Assembly: GCA_000934665.2 (NCBI GenBank)
Contig: JYFJ02001343.1
Coordinates: 1 to 64,000, forward strand
DNA: 64,000 nucleotides
Source of the DNA: Catajapyx aquilonaris
Lineage: Eukaryota
Reading direction: 5' to 3'
How positions within the stretch are numbered: position 1 is the first letter of the stretch; each line of letters opens with the position of its first letter. Positions 38,369 to 50,900 of this stretch are shown here, piece by piece. The notes under the pieces are model-generated. The model saw nothing but the letters and a program-made list of their open reading frames with translations, was not told the origin of the DNA and did not search any database. The position numbers and the translations under genes were made by a program.

Positions 38369-38546
38369 AAATATTTTTTTGCCTAGGTTAAAATGTATTT
38401 GAAAACAAAACCTGTAAATATGTTCATGTCATCAAAAAGACTATGACACATGAACAAAAATTCATGTGTCATAGTCTTTTTGATGACATGAACATATTTA
38501 CAGGTTTTGTTTTCAAATACATTTTAACCTAGGCAAAAAAATATTT
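38369..38546. repeat. Perfect inverted repeat, 86-bp arms, 6-nt spacer
   Basis: 38369-38454 is the exact reverse complement of 38461-38546; spacer CAAAAA. Confidence 0.95.
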
Positions 38547-38991
38547 CAGCCTTTCCTCATTGCACTGGATTCTGATTAAGCCTCATGCACTGTACAGTGC
38601 TGTTGGCTCAATGTGCTGCTGAACTGACACCTCCTAGGCAGGTGATTCTATTTACAATAATTGAAGGAGAGGCTTGGTGAAATTGGACAGGAAGGCAGCA
38701 ATGAGGTATTGGGAAAGAACCACTTCTTCCCGTGTGACATTCCAGTGGTAATTCACTTTGCACAAATAATAGTGTTTTCTTTTTCACAGATTTCCCCTTG
38801 TGATACTTTGTGTGGAATGGATTGTACTCATAAAGTGGGGACTAGTCTGTGCCCATCTTGTTGGATACGTTCGAAATTATGATGCTCTACATTGGCTGAT
38901 TTTTTACCTGAAAAGAAACTGGCAACCAACATTTTTATGTTTCTGTATTTTGCGGGACAAATTCAGTGCTACCATTTCTCTTACAACACTG

Positions 38992-39638
38992 CTAGGGATG
39001 CCTTGTAATGTAGTAGGTGACGAGTACAATAAATGTTATTGCAGTTATGGGAACAATTAGGTCATCATTGGTAACATCAATGTCATGCAATCCTGTTCTA
39101 TTCGTGTAACGCCTGTCTGGCAGTGATTCTGTTACTGCTGTTTCTGCTCTTGGTGCGGCCTTCACCCCACAAGGAGCGGAACATGCCCCTCCATCTGCAA
39201 TAATTGTGTCAGCAGTAGGCATTTGCACTTCATTGATGATTGGCACTTCATTGATGATTGGCACTTCATTGACGATACGCATTTCCAGCTCGCTTGCTAA
39301 CACCATGTGGCTCAAGGTGAAAAGGTCCTGTGCAAATTGTGGAGTTTGTGGAAAGCTCTGGAAAATGTAATGGGTGAGAGAAATGACTCAATTGTATAGC
39401 ATGTCTGTTTTATACTTGATCATAATTGTTAATAAGTTTCCACTGACTTTGCAAATGGAATCTGCTCTCTATCTTACTTTCGAAGAGATCTTCCATGAAT
39501 TATTACCATAAATACGTAAGCTCTATATCCTTAACTTTGGAAATCAGAACTAGATTCATTCAAAAAAATTATATGCTAAAATTTTTAATGGTACTTGTCA
39601 GTCATGTGTTATTTTTTTCACTTCTCTCTCTCTCTCTC

Positions 39639-39688
<50 letters not shown>

Positions 39689-42600
39689 TACCTTAATCAA
39701 GATAATGAGTAGTGCAGTTAATTAAAAATAATGTTCTTGGCATTTGTCTGTATAACATCATAGCGTTGCACCTGCAAAGGCCCATTCGCATGATGCATCC
39801 AGATGTCATGTGCTCCATGCACACACCTTTGGACAATGTGCATGTCCGTGTATGCTATGGAGTTGCACAAGTTGTTACATGGTGATCCAAATGGATGCTC
39901 ATTTTCTGTATAGGCCTACCTGAGTATCAGGGTACCTTGTGTACCCTAAATCTTGCCTTATCTACCGTAGCCTTAGCAATAATTTTAAAAACTGCAATAT
40001 TATAATGTAAATCCTAACCTGCTAATTAAAATGTGTTAGCTAAGAAATATATTAGTATATTTCACCATTTTCTTTTGTCCAATAACGTTGGTAAAGGGGT
40101 AAAGTGTGTGGCACTTGCCATACACTAGGTTTTGCATACTGATATCATTAAGGTCTGGTTGCATCAGCCACAGAAAAGTTTCTTCATTGTTGAAACAAAC
40201 TTTTGTGTCTCTGTTTCAGCAGTAATGCTTCCTAGAGGTGGTGCAATTGGACCTTAGGGTCTATAATTTCACATTTTACATTTAAATTACAACACTAAGA
40301 CTGGTGAACAATATGCCCACCCCTTGACGTGAATCAGGTGTCACTTGAGATGAAATGGTTTCTTCAACCCCTGAGAAAGTTGAGTCCGTCATCGTTGTTG
40401 TTGTTGTTGTGGTGGTGGTGGTGGTGGTGCCACAAGGTGGTGTTTTGAAAAACAGCGGGTCTGATCTGGGTATTATTATGCCTTCTTGTCCCTGAGATAT
40501 TGACGCCCTCCATGGCTCTATCGCCACCCCAATGGACTCCAGGAGAGCTCGGGATTGGACAAGTGTCTCTGCGAGGGGTCCTGTGTCAGATCCAGATGCA
40601 TAGTCCCCAGAAAGTGATCCAGAACCATGGCTGCCACTTATGGGATAAGGAGATAGGAGCATACGGCTAGCTGTCCCAGTTGAGATGGAGGAGATTGGAG
40701 ATTTTATGGCGCCTGTAGTACTTGGCTGTATTACATCTGTGCTCCATCTGGGCTTGAGAGGGTACAGCAAATAATGTAAATGTTCAGTCAGTGATAACTG
40801 ATATGAAGTACAGTGTTTTATGAGTTAGCCCACATTTGTGCAGATAAATCCATGAATATGTTAATTTCCACTCACCCCTGTGACCTCATCTTTAAGTTTT
40901 AAGTGGAATTTTGCAAACTGTTGAAAATTCCATGTAATGAGCTTTCCAAGAGTGGGTGTAACATGCCGCCAAAATTGAAGGCAAGGCTAACTTGAGCTAA
41001 CTTATGAAACATGATGTACCGTATCTCATTTTCCCCATAAATAAACACAACATTGTAAATATGCATCTGTGATTCAACCAGATTCAAGTAAATGGTCCTA
41101 CTCCACAAACATTACCGAAGATATATTAGAAAAACTATGAAAGAAACTGTAGTAACTGCCATTGCTGTAAAAGCGAGATTCCTTTATGTAATCAATCTAA
41201 TGTAAAAATACAGGTTTCTGAAAAAAGTGGAATTTTCCTATTTTTCATCAGCTTTAAGAAAATAACCAAACATGCATGTTCCCCCCCCCCCCCCAAAAAA
41301 AAAAAGTTTTCCTGGCTGGCCTTTATAACATTACCTCTGGCACTAAGCAATCTAGACAAATAAGTAATGTTTTCTTACCTCTGGGCCCTCTTCAGTTGCT
41401 TGTGTTCTGAACAAAGCCTGAAGGAAAAGGTATGTTATGGAGCAATCTGGCCAAATAAGTGATGTTTTCTTACCTCTGGGCACTCTCCAGTTGTTTGTGT
41501 TCTTAACAAAGCCTGAAGGAAAAGGTATGTTATGGGGCAATCTGCTCATATAAGTGATGTTTTCTTACCCGCGGGCCTTCTTCAATCTCTTGTGTTCTTA
41601 ACAAAGCCTGAAGAAAAAGGTATGTTATGGAGCATGTGCAGGGTTGGTCTTTACCGCAGTGGCAGCAATGAATGAAGTCTTCCCTTTCCTTATCTGAGGC
41701 CATGTTGGTGAGGCCTACATGGTTAGCATGGAAACAAATTTTTCACTAACTTATAGCCATTGTTGGAATAAAGCCTGGCTTGGCATTCACCACGAACTAG
41801 AGTCACCCTGATACTGAGATGCTGGAGGTGGACAGGTCAATTCTTCAGTGCCATGGATGTAATAAAGGGGGATAATAATGCAACTGTGTGCAATGTTCTC
41901 ATGCATAACAAATTCTGATGCTTTGTTATGGTTATCATTATTTATTATGATTGTTTTGAACCAATGAGCCCTTTGTCTGGCTAGTGCAAATTCTGACCAT
42001 GCTCAAGAACTAGGAAAACAATATTAGTGTTAATGCATAGATCAGACACTGTGCTCGTAGTACTTGATTCACACTTCAGGAAGTGGGTTTAACCCTTAAC
42101 TACGTAGGTGGGCGAAACACCTTTAACTACGTAGGTGGAGCCTGAGAGGCTCCAACGATATATTTAAATTTATGCTTATCAACTAAATTGTTATATTGGA
42201 CTTTTCACATACAGAAAGTGCAGTTCAGATCATTAGGCTTCCGAAAACGTAAAAATCACACGCTGAGTCAGCATATTCTGACATGGAAAAATTTTTAATT
42301 AAAAGGTTACATCAACAACTTTGAGCCGCTCTGGCTTCACCTGCATAGGGATAGCCTGAGTGGTTAGAGGGACCTGTTCCTCGTTACGAATTTTTTTAAA
42401 CCAAAGAATAGGGACTAAAAAATTTTTTCTTTCCTTTTCATGCGTAGGAAGGTTTTTCTGACAAAGTCACGGAAGGAGAGTGGAAAATAAAATTCAATGA
42501 AAAAGTTACATGCGTTTAAATAGTGCTTGGAGCCTCTCAGGCTCCACCTACGTAGTTAAGGGTTAAAAAATAATTTCGAAGACATACCATGTAAGTGCTG

Positions 42601-44440
42601 GTTGCACCAGGGTCCCCTACATGGTTCGATGGTTGCCTCCCCCACCCTAACCAGGGTATTGTCTTCACGTAGTCCTTATGCAATCTAGGTCCAATATGGC
42701 TAGGTGGGGGAGGCCCTCATGTAGGTGACCCTGGGTTGCACCAGAGAGTGAAAAGTATTCAGATGATGCAGGAAATAACTTCCATAATAAATACATACAA
42801 TATGTTTATTAATACCTTGTACATATGTTTCAAAGAATCTCTTCTGTCTCTCCACCTGCAAGAATTGGAACAAAAATTTCATCCAGTTTTGGGGTGGCAA
42901 CATCTTCATTGACTTCAAACACCACCTGACAAAAAAAAAGAGATGAGGAATAAATAATTTTTCTTGAAAGTTCTCAACACCAGCAATGCCCAGTAATGCA
43001 CAGTACGGTGTTGGACATTAATAACATCATACTGCTGGAGACATTTTCCGAAGCGGCAGAAGAACGAATCTTGCTTGCATGGCTTTCACTATCCATTGCT
43101 TCGATTAGTTCTTCTGGCACTTCAGAAAATGTCGCTAGCAGTAGGACACGATTAATGTCCAACGCTGTACAAGGAAAGTGTTTACTCTTTTAGTTCATTT
43201 TTACAGAAGGATAATTGATTGGTAAAGCTTAATAATTGTGACATGAGAACACAGAGCAACTGAAAATGACAACTTAAGGATATTGGACCTGTGAAAATTA
43301 TGGCAAGTAGTCAGTTAGATTTTTTTTTCTTAGGCTGAAAAGTCTGAAAAGAATAATCTGTAATGAGGTATACATCACTGTACTGTCTATTAGTTGCTTT
43401 CTACAATTAAAAATAATTCACTTAATTCTTACACTTAATTCCTTACAGTGTTAAGCTACATCAGTACAAGCTGGACCGTTCTCACCATTGTTTCACTTAA
43501 TTTCTAAAAAATTTTAATTTCTAAAATTTTGTGAAGCTCGAATTCTTTTCCCTATCCTTGTTGTTCCTGACATGCCACACATGTCATATTACAAATTACT
43601 AACCTCTCCTGCACCAGTTAACTTGACCCTTGGCTCATGCTTTGCAACAACCTCAACCTCAGGACATGGCACTTTCTGTAACCTGGTTTCTGACCAAATC
43701 TGGTTTTCAGGCTTGACTTCTGCAGGAGTCACAAGTACTTTTCTCTGGCATATAAATTCCACCAATCTTGACCAGGATGCAGTGATTTGCATGCAGATTC
43801 CACCACTTTTACCTCTGCATTCAGTAAGGAATATGGTTAGGAATACAATGGTATTGTCAAATTATTAGGTAGGAAGTTCATGAGTACTCAAGGATGTGTT
43901 CGGGTGATGGGCCAAAAATGGGAGTAGGGAGCCAGGCCGGGATGTCGATGTAAACAGCATGTTGATGTGGGCAGCCACATTCTGGTAGCAATCCTGCAGG
44001 TCTCTTGCTTGGTTGTGCCACCACAGGCCTCTGCTAAAAAAAGAGCATATAAGTTATTGTAGAACACGACGGTCTTCGTAAATATTATATTATGCAACAG
44101 GATGGCAGTCCATGACTAAAAGACTTGTGAAATACTACTGAAAGAAAACTATGTTATGGTTAATGCTAAAAAATAACCAGAGAGACCTCATTTGCCTTTC
44201 TCATACATGTATATTCTCCCCGATGCATTATATCAGATACAATACCCCATGCGTTGAGACGTCCGATGGTAAAACGCCAGTCATAAAGTTGGAATATTTG
44301 TCAGGTATGACAACAAAAGGTATAGTTAGCCGCAGAAATACTTGGGGAGGGCAATTCCTGCCAATATTTACGCTCGAACTAACATTTTTCTCCATCAGCT
44401 GGACTTGGACGTTCGAAAGATGAGCCACGGGGGAATCCAT
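38992..44440 (-). CDS. Unidentified multi-exon protein: low-complexity Ser/Thr-rich region, micro-exons, C-terminal hydrophobic anchor
   Basis: In-frame GT-AG exons: 44440-44342 (MDSPVAH...), ~44034-43889, ~43815-43604, 43503-43486, 41714-41655, three 39-nt exons, 40917-40876, ~40753-40321 and a last exon ending LIVPITAITFIVLVTYYITRHP*. The middle part (42000-43400) is unresolved and no family was recognised. Confidence 0.55.
39624..39685. repeat. (CT)n microsatellite
   Basis: Read directly from the sequence. Confidence 0.95.
41355..41635 (-). repeat. Three 95-bp tandem units, each a 39-nt exon plus a 56-nt intron
   Basis: Each unit on the minus strand reads polypyrimidine-CAG|GCTTTGTT...G|GTAAGAAA; exons at 41607-41569, 41512-41474 and 41417-41379. 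Confidence 0.85.
42093..42562. mobile_element. piggyBac-type MITE
   Basis: TTAA-CCCTTAACTACGTAGGTGG...CCACCTACGTAGTTAAGGG-TTAA. Confidence 0.85.
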
Positions 44441-44928
44441 CTTGGAAAGTGGAACCAACCGAACAGTGCGGCTGCTGGCTGAAACATGTAACGCTTTTTT
44501 TCAGTTTACTAATTATTTACGCGGATGTTATAAATTACCATGTTTGTGTTTTAATTTATTATATTTGTCCGTAAAATTGAAACAATCTTGGAAGAAGGGA
44601 GGTGACAGGCTCGTTCATTTTGATGGGATGGGAAGGGTTGGCACCACCGCCACACGCTCTTGAATTTCGATGCACAAAAACCGTTAAGGGAATTTTTACG
44701 CAGTTCCAGGTCCTGTCAGCCTCGAATTGGTGTTATTGCAGCCCTGTCGCAATGCAGAGGTTCACGTGAGCCCCGTACCGTCAGGTGAGGCACCTGCATT
44801 CGGTGTGTTGTACGACTTGTGATGCCATGGAGTGTTGTGTGCTTATAATTTGACAAAGTGTGTTCTTTGTGCATATTTTAGAAGCACGAAATGATTTCAT
44901 TTATTGATTTGTAGTTGTCCACAAGAAG

Positions 44929-47900
44929 ATGATGGAGAAGGACGAGACAACTCTGGTGGAGGTTGATCAAGATGAGTCTGGCGTCATCCCTGATGTGACA
45001 CAGCAAACGTCTGACGAGTTTGTGGCACTCCCAGAAGTACAAGCCAGCACGTCATCTGCGGACAGCCATGTTCAGCCCACCTTTTCAAAGCGGTACTCAG
45101 AGGGCCCACTTGACATGTCACCTGCTGTTGCTGTTCCTCGTGATTCTTCACCAGGTGATGCCAAGCTGGCTGGAATGCCATTGCACAGTATGCTAGTTGC
45201 TGACATGACGACAGAGAAGTCTCCATTAAAGACATCTACACCAGGTGATTCAAGTGAGTCAAAATTAACTGCTCAACTACTTAGGGATCTGGCCTTAGAA
45301 GACACGCCAATGAGGAAAACCAGTAAATTGGATGAAGCAAATGCATTGTTCAAACATATTTCAAATCCAGACAGTGACTTAAATTCACAAGATGAGTTAC
45401 CCGAGGCGCCTGTTGGCATGCGAAAGAAATCTGATAATCCCCACCGTAACACATCAACTGGGGACGAAAAAAGAAGAACGAAGCTGCCAGCATTTCACAG
45501 TGCCTGTGATCCAACTATTGTTGGATTAATTTCAGAAAAACCTCGAACATGTGCTGAGGCAAAGACGGTCACGAAGTTGCCCCCTATTGACATATCTGCA
45601 AGAAAACCCTCTTTCCAAATTGGTGGTTTAATCAGTCAGTCTAGTGATGTTGTTCCAGAAGAACGGTCTCACTCTCTTTCAAGTGTTGCATCCAGCAAGC
45701 GGCTTGAGTGGGATGCGGCAGCAGATGTTGGGTATGAAAATAATGCTGCCCCAACACACTTAAGTACACTAGAACGTGTCGCCATTGGAAACTATGCCCT
45801 CTTGCAGCCAGACTCAGACTCAGATCCGTCTGTTAGTCATCATTCAGGTGGGACTGTTCGTATGTCAAACAGTCCAGAAAGACCCACCACATTGGTCAGG
45901 TCACGAAAATCAGCATCAATGAATGATTTAGGGTGCCACAAGGAGGGCAAAGGTGGTTCTATGTTTGCTATACAAGAAGTGACAAGGTTGTCAGGTGGAG
46001 CTGGTTTGGACACTGATGCACCCAGTGTTACAAGTGAGATAATGTCCAAGTTTCATCACTTTTTGGGCCGGTTGCCTGGAATGAAGCGAGAAGTTTCTTC
46101 AGCAAAATCGAGTCAGCGTAACGTGCATCGCACACTGGTACAAATTAAGGAATGGATTGCATTCCTTGAAACACCATCGGAAAATCCAACAGACCAATGC
46201 ATGAAGTCACAAATGCTGCAGTGGCTGGCAAAAGCAATGGTTGGTGATTCCAGGCCAGGAAGCACTGCACACTCAAGTGACATCACTACTACAAGAAAGC
46301 AGATCAGAGTGAAAGAAAAGATCACTCTCACCAAGAAAGTGTGCACCTGTCAGCCCAACTTGGGCACTGTGGGTTCAACCAAAGCCTTCAGACATAGGTC
46401 AGACAGTGAGATATCAACAAAAGCATCTAATTGCATGTCAGAGATCATGGACTTGGCTAAAGCCTCCAAATCCAGTACTGATTCAAGTCCGGCAAGCCCA
46501 CATTCTTCAGACAGTGTAGATTCAGCCAATGCATCAAACCATAGTTTAGATTCAGGAAAATCCAAGTACATGTCAGACCATTCAAACTCAGAACAAAAAG
46601 AATTCAGACCTGCAATGCTTTCCAGGCTCCCAGAGGTTCCCAAATTAATGGTTGATGTTCAAACTCAAGTATCACGTAGTAGCCTGAGTAGCACAAGCGC
46701 CAAAGAGAGTGATAGCAGTCGAGACTGGCGCGCTTGTAAAACACGCTCCGAGCAGGAGCTTGAATTGAGTAAAGAGGCAGCACGGACGTCCCTGCAATCT
46801 CAGGAAGAATATTTACGTTCATGTCGAGCTGCATTAGAAGAGGTGAAGCAAGCTCTGAATGAAGATGCAGGCCCAGCTGCTCAAGAGGTGTCCATTTACG
46901 ACAATGTGGTAGGACATCTTCGTGATGAGCAACAGAGGAGTGGGCACCTGCCAGAGGAGATTGCCTGTTGGGTCCAGGCAGTGCAGAGAGAAGCTAACCT
47001 TTTAAGAAGTGTGCAGGAAGGACGCAAGGAAAGGATTCAGCAGTTCCGGAAATTCATAAGATGGCTGGAGACACATCACAAGTAAGTAGGGTTGTAAGAA
47101 ATGTATGTGAAGGAATGTATTACTAACTGTAATTATTATTGTTTATTATTAAGTTATTTATTATTTTGCAAACTTGAGTTTGAATTGAAAATGCTGCAGT
47201 TGGAATACAGGAAAGAGACCAACACTAGGCTGATTCTTTGACCTGACTGACACCACTTAGGCACTTATCCATCAATAACAACTTGCCAGCAGGTTTTTTT
47301 TTAAAGAAAAAAAGGTTTTTACTTGATTGGCTAATGCCTTCCAGAAATAACGTAGAAAATGTCCTCTATGCATAGTATTAATGACAAGAAATGGCTGTAT
47401 AAACTGGGCTGTCACTATACTTTAATATATCAGTAATTGGCTGCATGTACTTCTGGTCCCCGTGGTACAATGAAAATATCAACAGAAAACTGCATTTTGT
47501 GAAGAAGCAAACCATTTTGCACACTAATTGTTCCTTAGACCCATTTGGTTGATTTGGCTCGTAGGTCCTTCCATTTCGTCCCTTAGGACCCACAAAATTG
47601 GGGGCGGGGTGGGAGGAGGGTGAATTTCTCAAAAAGAATTTGCAGAATTGTTAAAAAATCGCTGATGTGTGATCTCGGTGTTGATTTCGCATGAATCAGA
47701 CCCACTGAATATGATGACGCTGTTTAAAATGCCGTCCGAGCAACGGAAGTGACGTCAGATAGGTCATTTAAAAAAATGGCGGCCAAAAATGACCAATGCG
47801 TTCGAAGTGACCCATACCGACGTGTAGGGTGTCGTTTTCGACAGTTTTGAGGTCACTGAGTCACCCTGAGAAGGCTATAACACGATAGAAGGCATGCCAA

Positions 47901-50900
47901 ATGGTCTACACTGCCCTGCAGTGGGTGATGGCGGGACGATTAGAGTGTGACGATTGCAAATCCTGTCAAAATTTTGTTGGGTTATACGTTGAGGTCATTG
48001 GTGAAGAAATGGTACTGTGCTGCAGTTATCAGAGAGGCCTGTAGGTTTCTTAATCATCTTGGTCCTCCAAATTATTCCCATTCAGTTGATCGGACGCTCC
48101 AAGTCTCCGTGACTTGCAGCATTCTCCACCGTGTTCCTGCTGCTGGAGGAGAAAGATGAGTATCAAAGGCAATGCAGTATTGATCAGTCCTGGCATTTGC
48201 ATTAGAAAAAATTTGTAAATTGCCTTTCATTACTGCATTCACCCTTGCAATTCCTGCAGGCCAGAGTACAAGGTAGCAGGTACACCTGCGAGCATAAATA
48301 TGGAGACGGCAGGCCCTCACCTTCGGCAGGATGCTCTGTCAATCTCAGCAATTACGGTATCAAATATACTGTCATAAATACACGAACACACGCCTGAAGC
48401 AGCAAACTCCGTCCAAAAAATAGTTCATTAATTTGAGTCGGATAAAGAAAGGTCTAAAAAGGGCCTGCCGTCTCCATCTTTATGCTCGCGGGGGTACCTG
48501 CGGCAGCAGCAGCAGCGCAGAGTTTCCCATCCTGTGGTACAGGCGCACTTGTCGAGTGATCTACAAGCGGCCCATATACATCAGGTTGCAACCTCCAGAC
48601 TGGTATCCACGTATCTTTGTCTTTCTGCCACCTCCAAAGATCTGGGGAGGTAGGGTGTTCAGATTCAATGTCAATGGCTCTGCCCCAGATATGTCCAACC
48701 TGATACGCAGCTCTCTTCGGGTGCTGTACTAGTGCTGCTCGTGTCCGTGGTATAGCATGGTGTGTTAACGCCACGAGTCATGTTGTTAACACGCCATGCA
48801 GCGGAGCCGATCACAACATCGCACAGCTTCTTGGAGAAGAAAAAACAGTCGCATTTAGAGGATTCCACACCTTCATGGGATGCAATACTGTGTCTTTTTT
48901 TGGATCGAAGGGAAAAAGATCGGCTAGGGCTGCATGGGGTTATAACGCCATGACAGAAGCATTTAAAAGTCTGTCATACCCACTGGACGAAGAGCCTGAT
49001 GAGGAGCTGGTAATATGCATAGAGCTGTATGTTGTACACTTATACAGTGCTTACAAGGGTGGCTGCAGTGGTGTGAACGACGCAAGGAAGAAATTGTTTG
49101 CCTCTCAGAGTAAACACATAGGTGCTATACCACCGACACGAGCAGCACTAGTACAGCACCTGAAGAGAGCTGTGTATCAGTTTGAACATATCTGAGGCAG
49201 AGCCATTGACATTGAGTCTGAACACCCTACCTCTTCAGATCTTTGGGGGTGGAAGAAAGACAAAGATGCGTGGATACCAGACTGGAGTTTGCAACCAGAT
49301 GTATATGGGCCGCTCGTAGTTCACTCGACAAGTGCGCCTGTACCACAGGATGAGAAACTCTGCGCTGCTGCTGCCACAGGTACCTGCTACCTTGCACTTT
49401 GGCCTGCAGGAATTGCAAGGGTGAATACAGTAATGAAAGGTAATTTACAACTTTTTCCTAATGCAAATACCAGGACTGATCAATACTGCATTGCCTTAGA
49501 TACTCATCATTCTCCTCCAGCAACAGGCACACGGTGGAGGATGCTGCTAGCAAGTCACAGAGACTTGGAGCATCCCATCAACTGAATGGGAATAATTTGG
49601 AGGACCAAGATGATTAAGAAACCTACAGGCCTCACTGTCAACTGCAGCACAGTACCATTTCTTCACCAATGACCTCAACGTATAACCCAAAGAGTTGGTA
49701 TAACCCAACAAAATTTTGACAGGATTTGCCGTCATCACCCTCTAATCGTCCCGCCATCACCCACTGCAGGGCGGCGTAGACCATTTGGCATGCCTTCTAT
49801 CGTGTTATAACATTCTCAGGGTGACTCAGTGACCTCAAAACCGTCGAAAACAACACCCTACTCATAAGTATGGGCCACTTCGAACGCATTGGTCATTTTT
49901 GGCAGCAATTTTTTGAAATGACCCATCTGACGTCACTTCCGTTGCTCGGATGGCATTTTAAACAGTGTCATCATATTCAGCGGGTCTGATTCATGCAAAA
50001 TCAACACTGAGATCACACATCAGCGATTTTTAAACAATTTTGCACCCTTTTTTTTTTTTTAATTCACCGCCCTCCCATCCCACCCCCAATTTTTCGGGTC
50101 CTTAGGGATGAAATGAAAGGAACTATGTATCAAATCAACCAAATGGGTCTAAGGAACAAGTGTGAAAAGTGGTAAGCTTTTTTCACAAAAGTGCAGTTAT
50201 TTTGGCGTACCACGGGGACTATTCATATCATGCAACTCATCTCTACACAGACACGTCAATGACTCAACTTCAACAAGTTCGTCTCCAAAGAGCCAGAAGC
50301 GCCCTAAAGTCCCTTCCCCTCGTAAACACCGCTGTTCTGCAACTGCCACCCAGCCAGATCCATTAGTGCCCTCATCTCAAACCCATCAAGCACAACTTTC
50401 CAGCAGGATTTTAAAAGAAAGGTTTTTACTTTATTGGTTAACGCCTTCCTGAAATAAAATAGAGACCTGAATGCATAACAGTATTAATGATAAGAGATAG
50501 ATGTATTAAGTGGGATGTCAATATACTTTAATATATCAGTAATTGGTAGTATGTACTTTATATAATGCCTCTCTTCTTTACACAGACACGTCAATGACTC
50601 ATCTTCATCAAGTTCGTCTCCAAAGAGCCAGAAGCGCCCTAAAGCCACTTCCCCTCCTAAACACCACTCTTCTGCAACTGCCACCCAGCCAGATCCATCA
50701 GTGCCCTCATCTCAAACCCATCAAGCACATCTTTCCAGCAGGATTTTGAAAGAAAGGTTTTTACTTTATTGGTTAACGCCTTCCTGAAATAAAATAGAAA
50801 GAGTCCTGAATGCATAGTATTAATGATATGAGATGATGTATTAATTAATTGTGATGTCAGTATACTTTAATATATCAGTAATTGGTGGTACGTACTTTAT

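Noticed and set aside
41335..41351. Fourth, 17-nt micro-exon candidate
   Set aside because: Contains TAG in phase 0 and would need a 27-nt intron; more likely a degenerate partial unit.
41355..41635. Repeat with conserved and variable parts resembling a CRISPR array
   Set aside because: Eukaryotic context, no cas genes, and the variable parts are homologous to each other and bounded by splice sites.
47199..47292. Candidate ALMS1-like exon ending CCAGCAG|GT
   Set aside because: Both nearby acceptors give in-frame stops when joined to the phase-2 donor at 47081.
48875..49195. 106-aa ORF as a host gene
   Set aside because: Truncated, stop-containing remnant inside the fold-back transposon.
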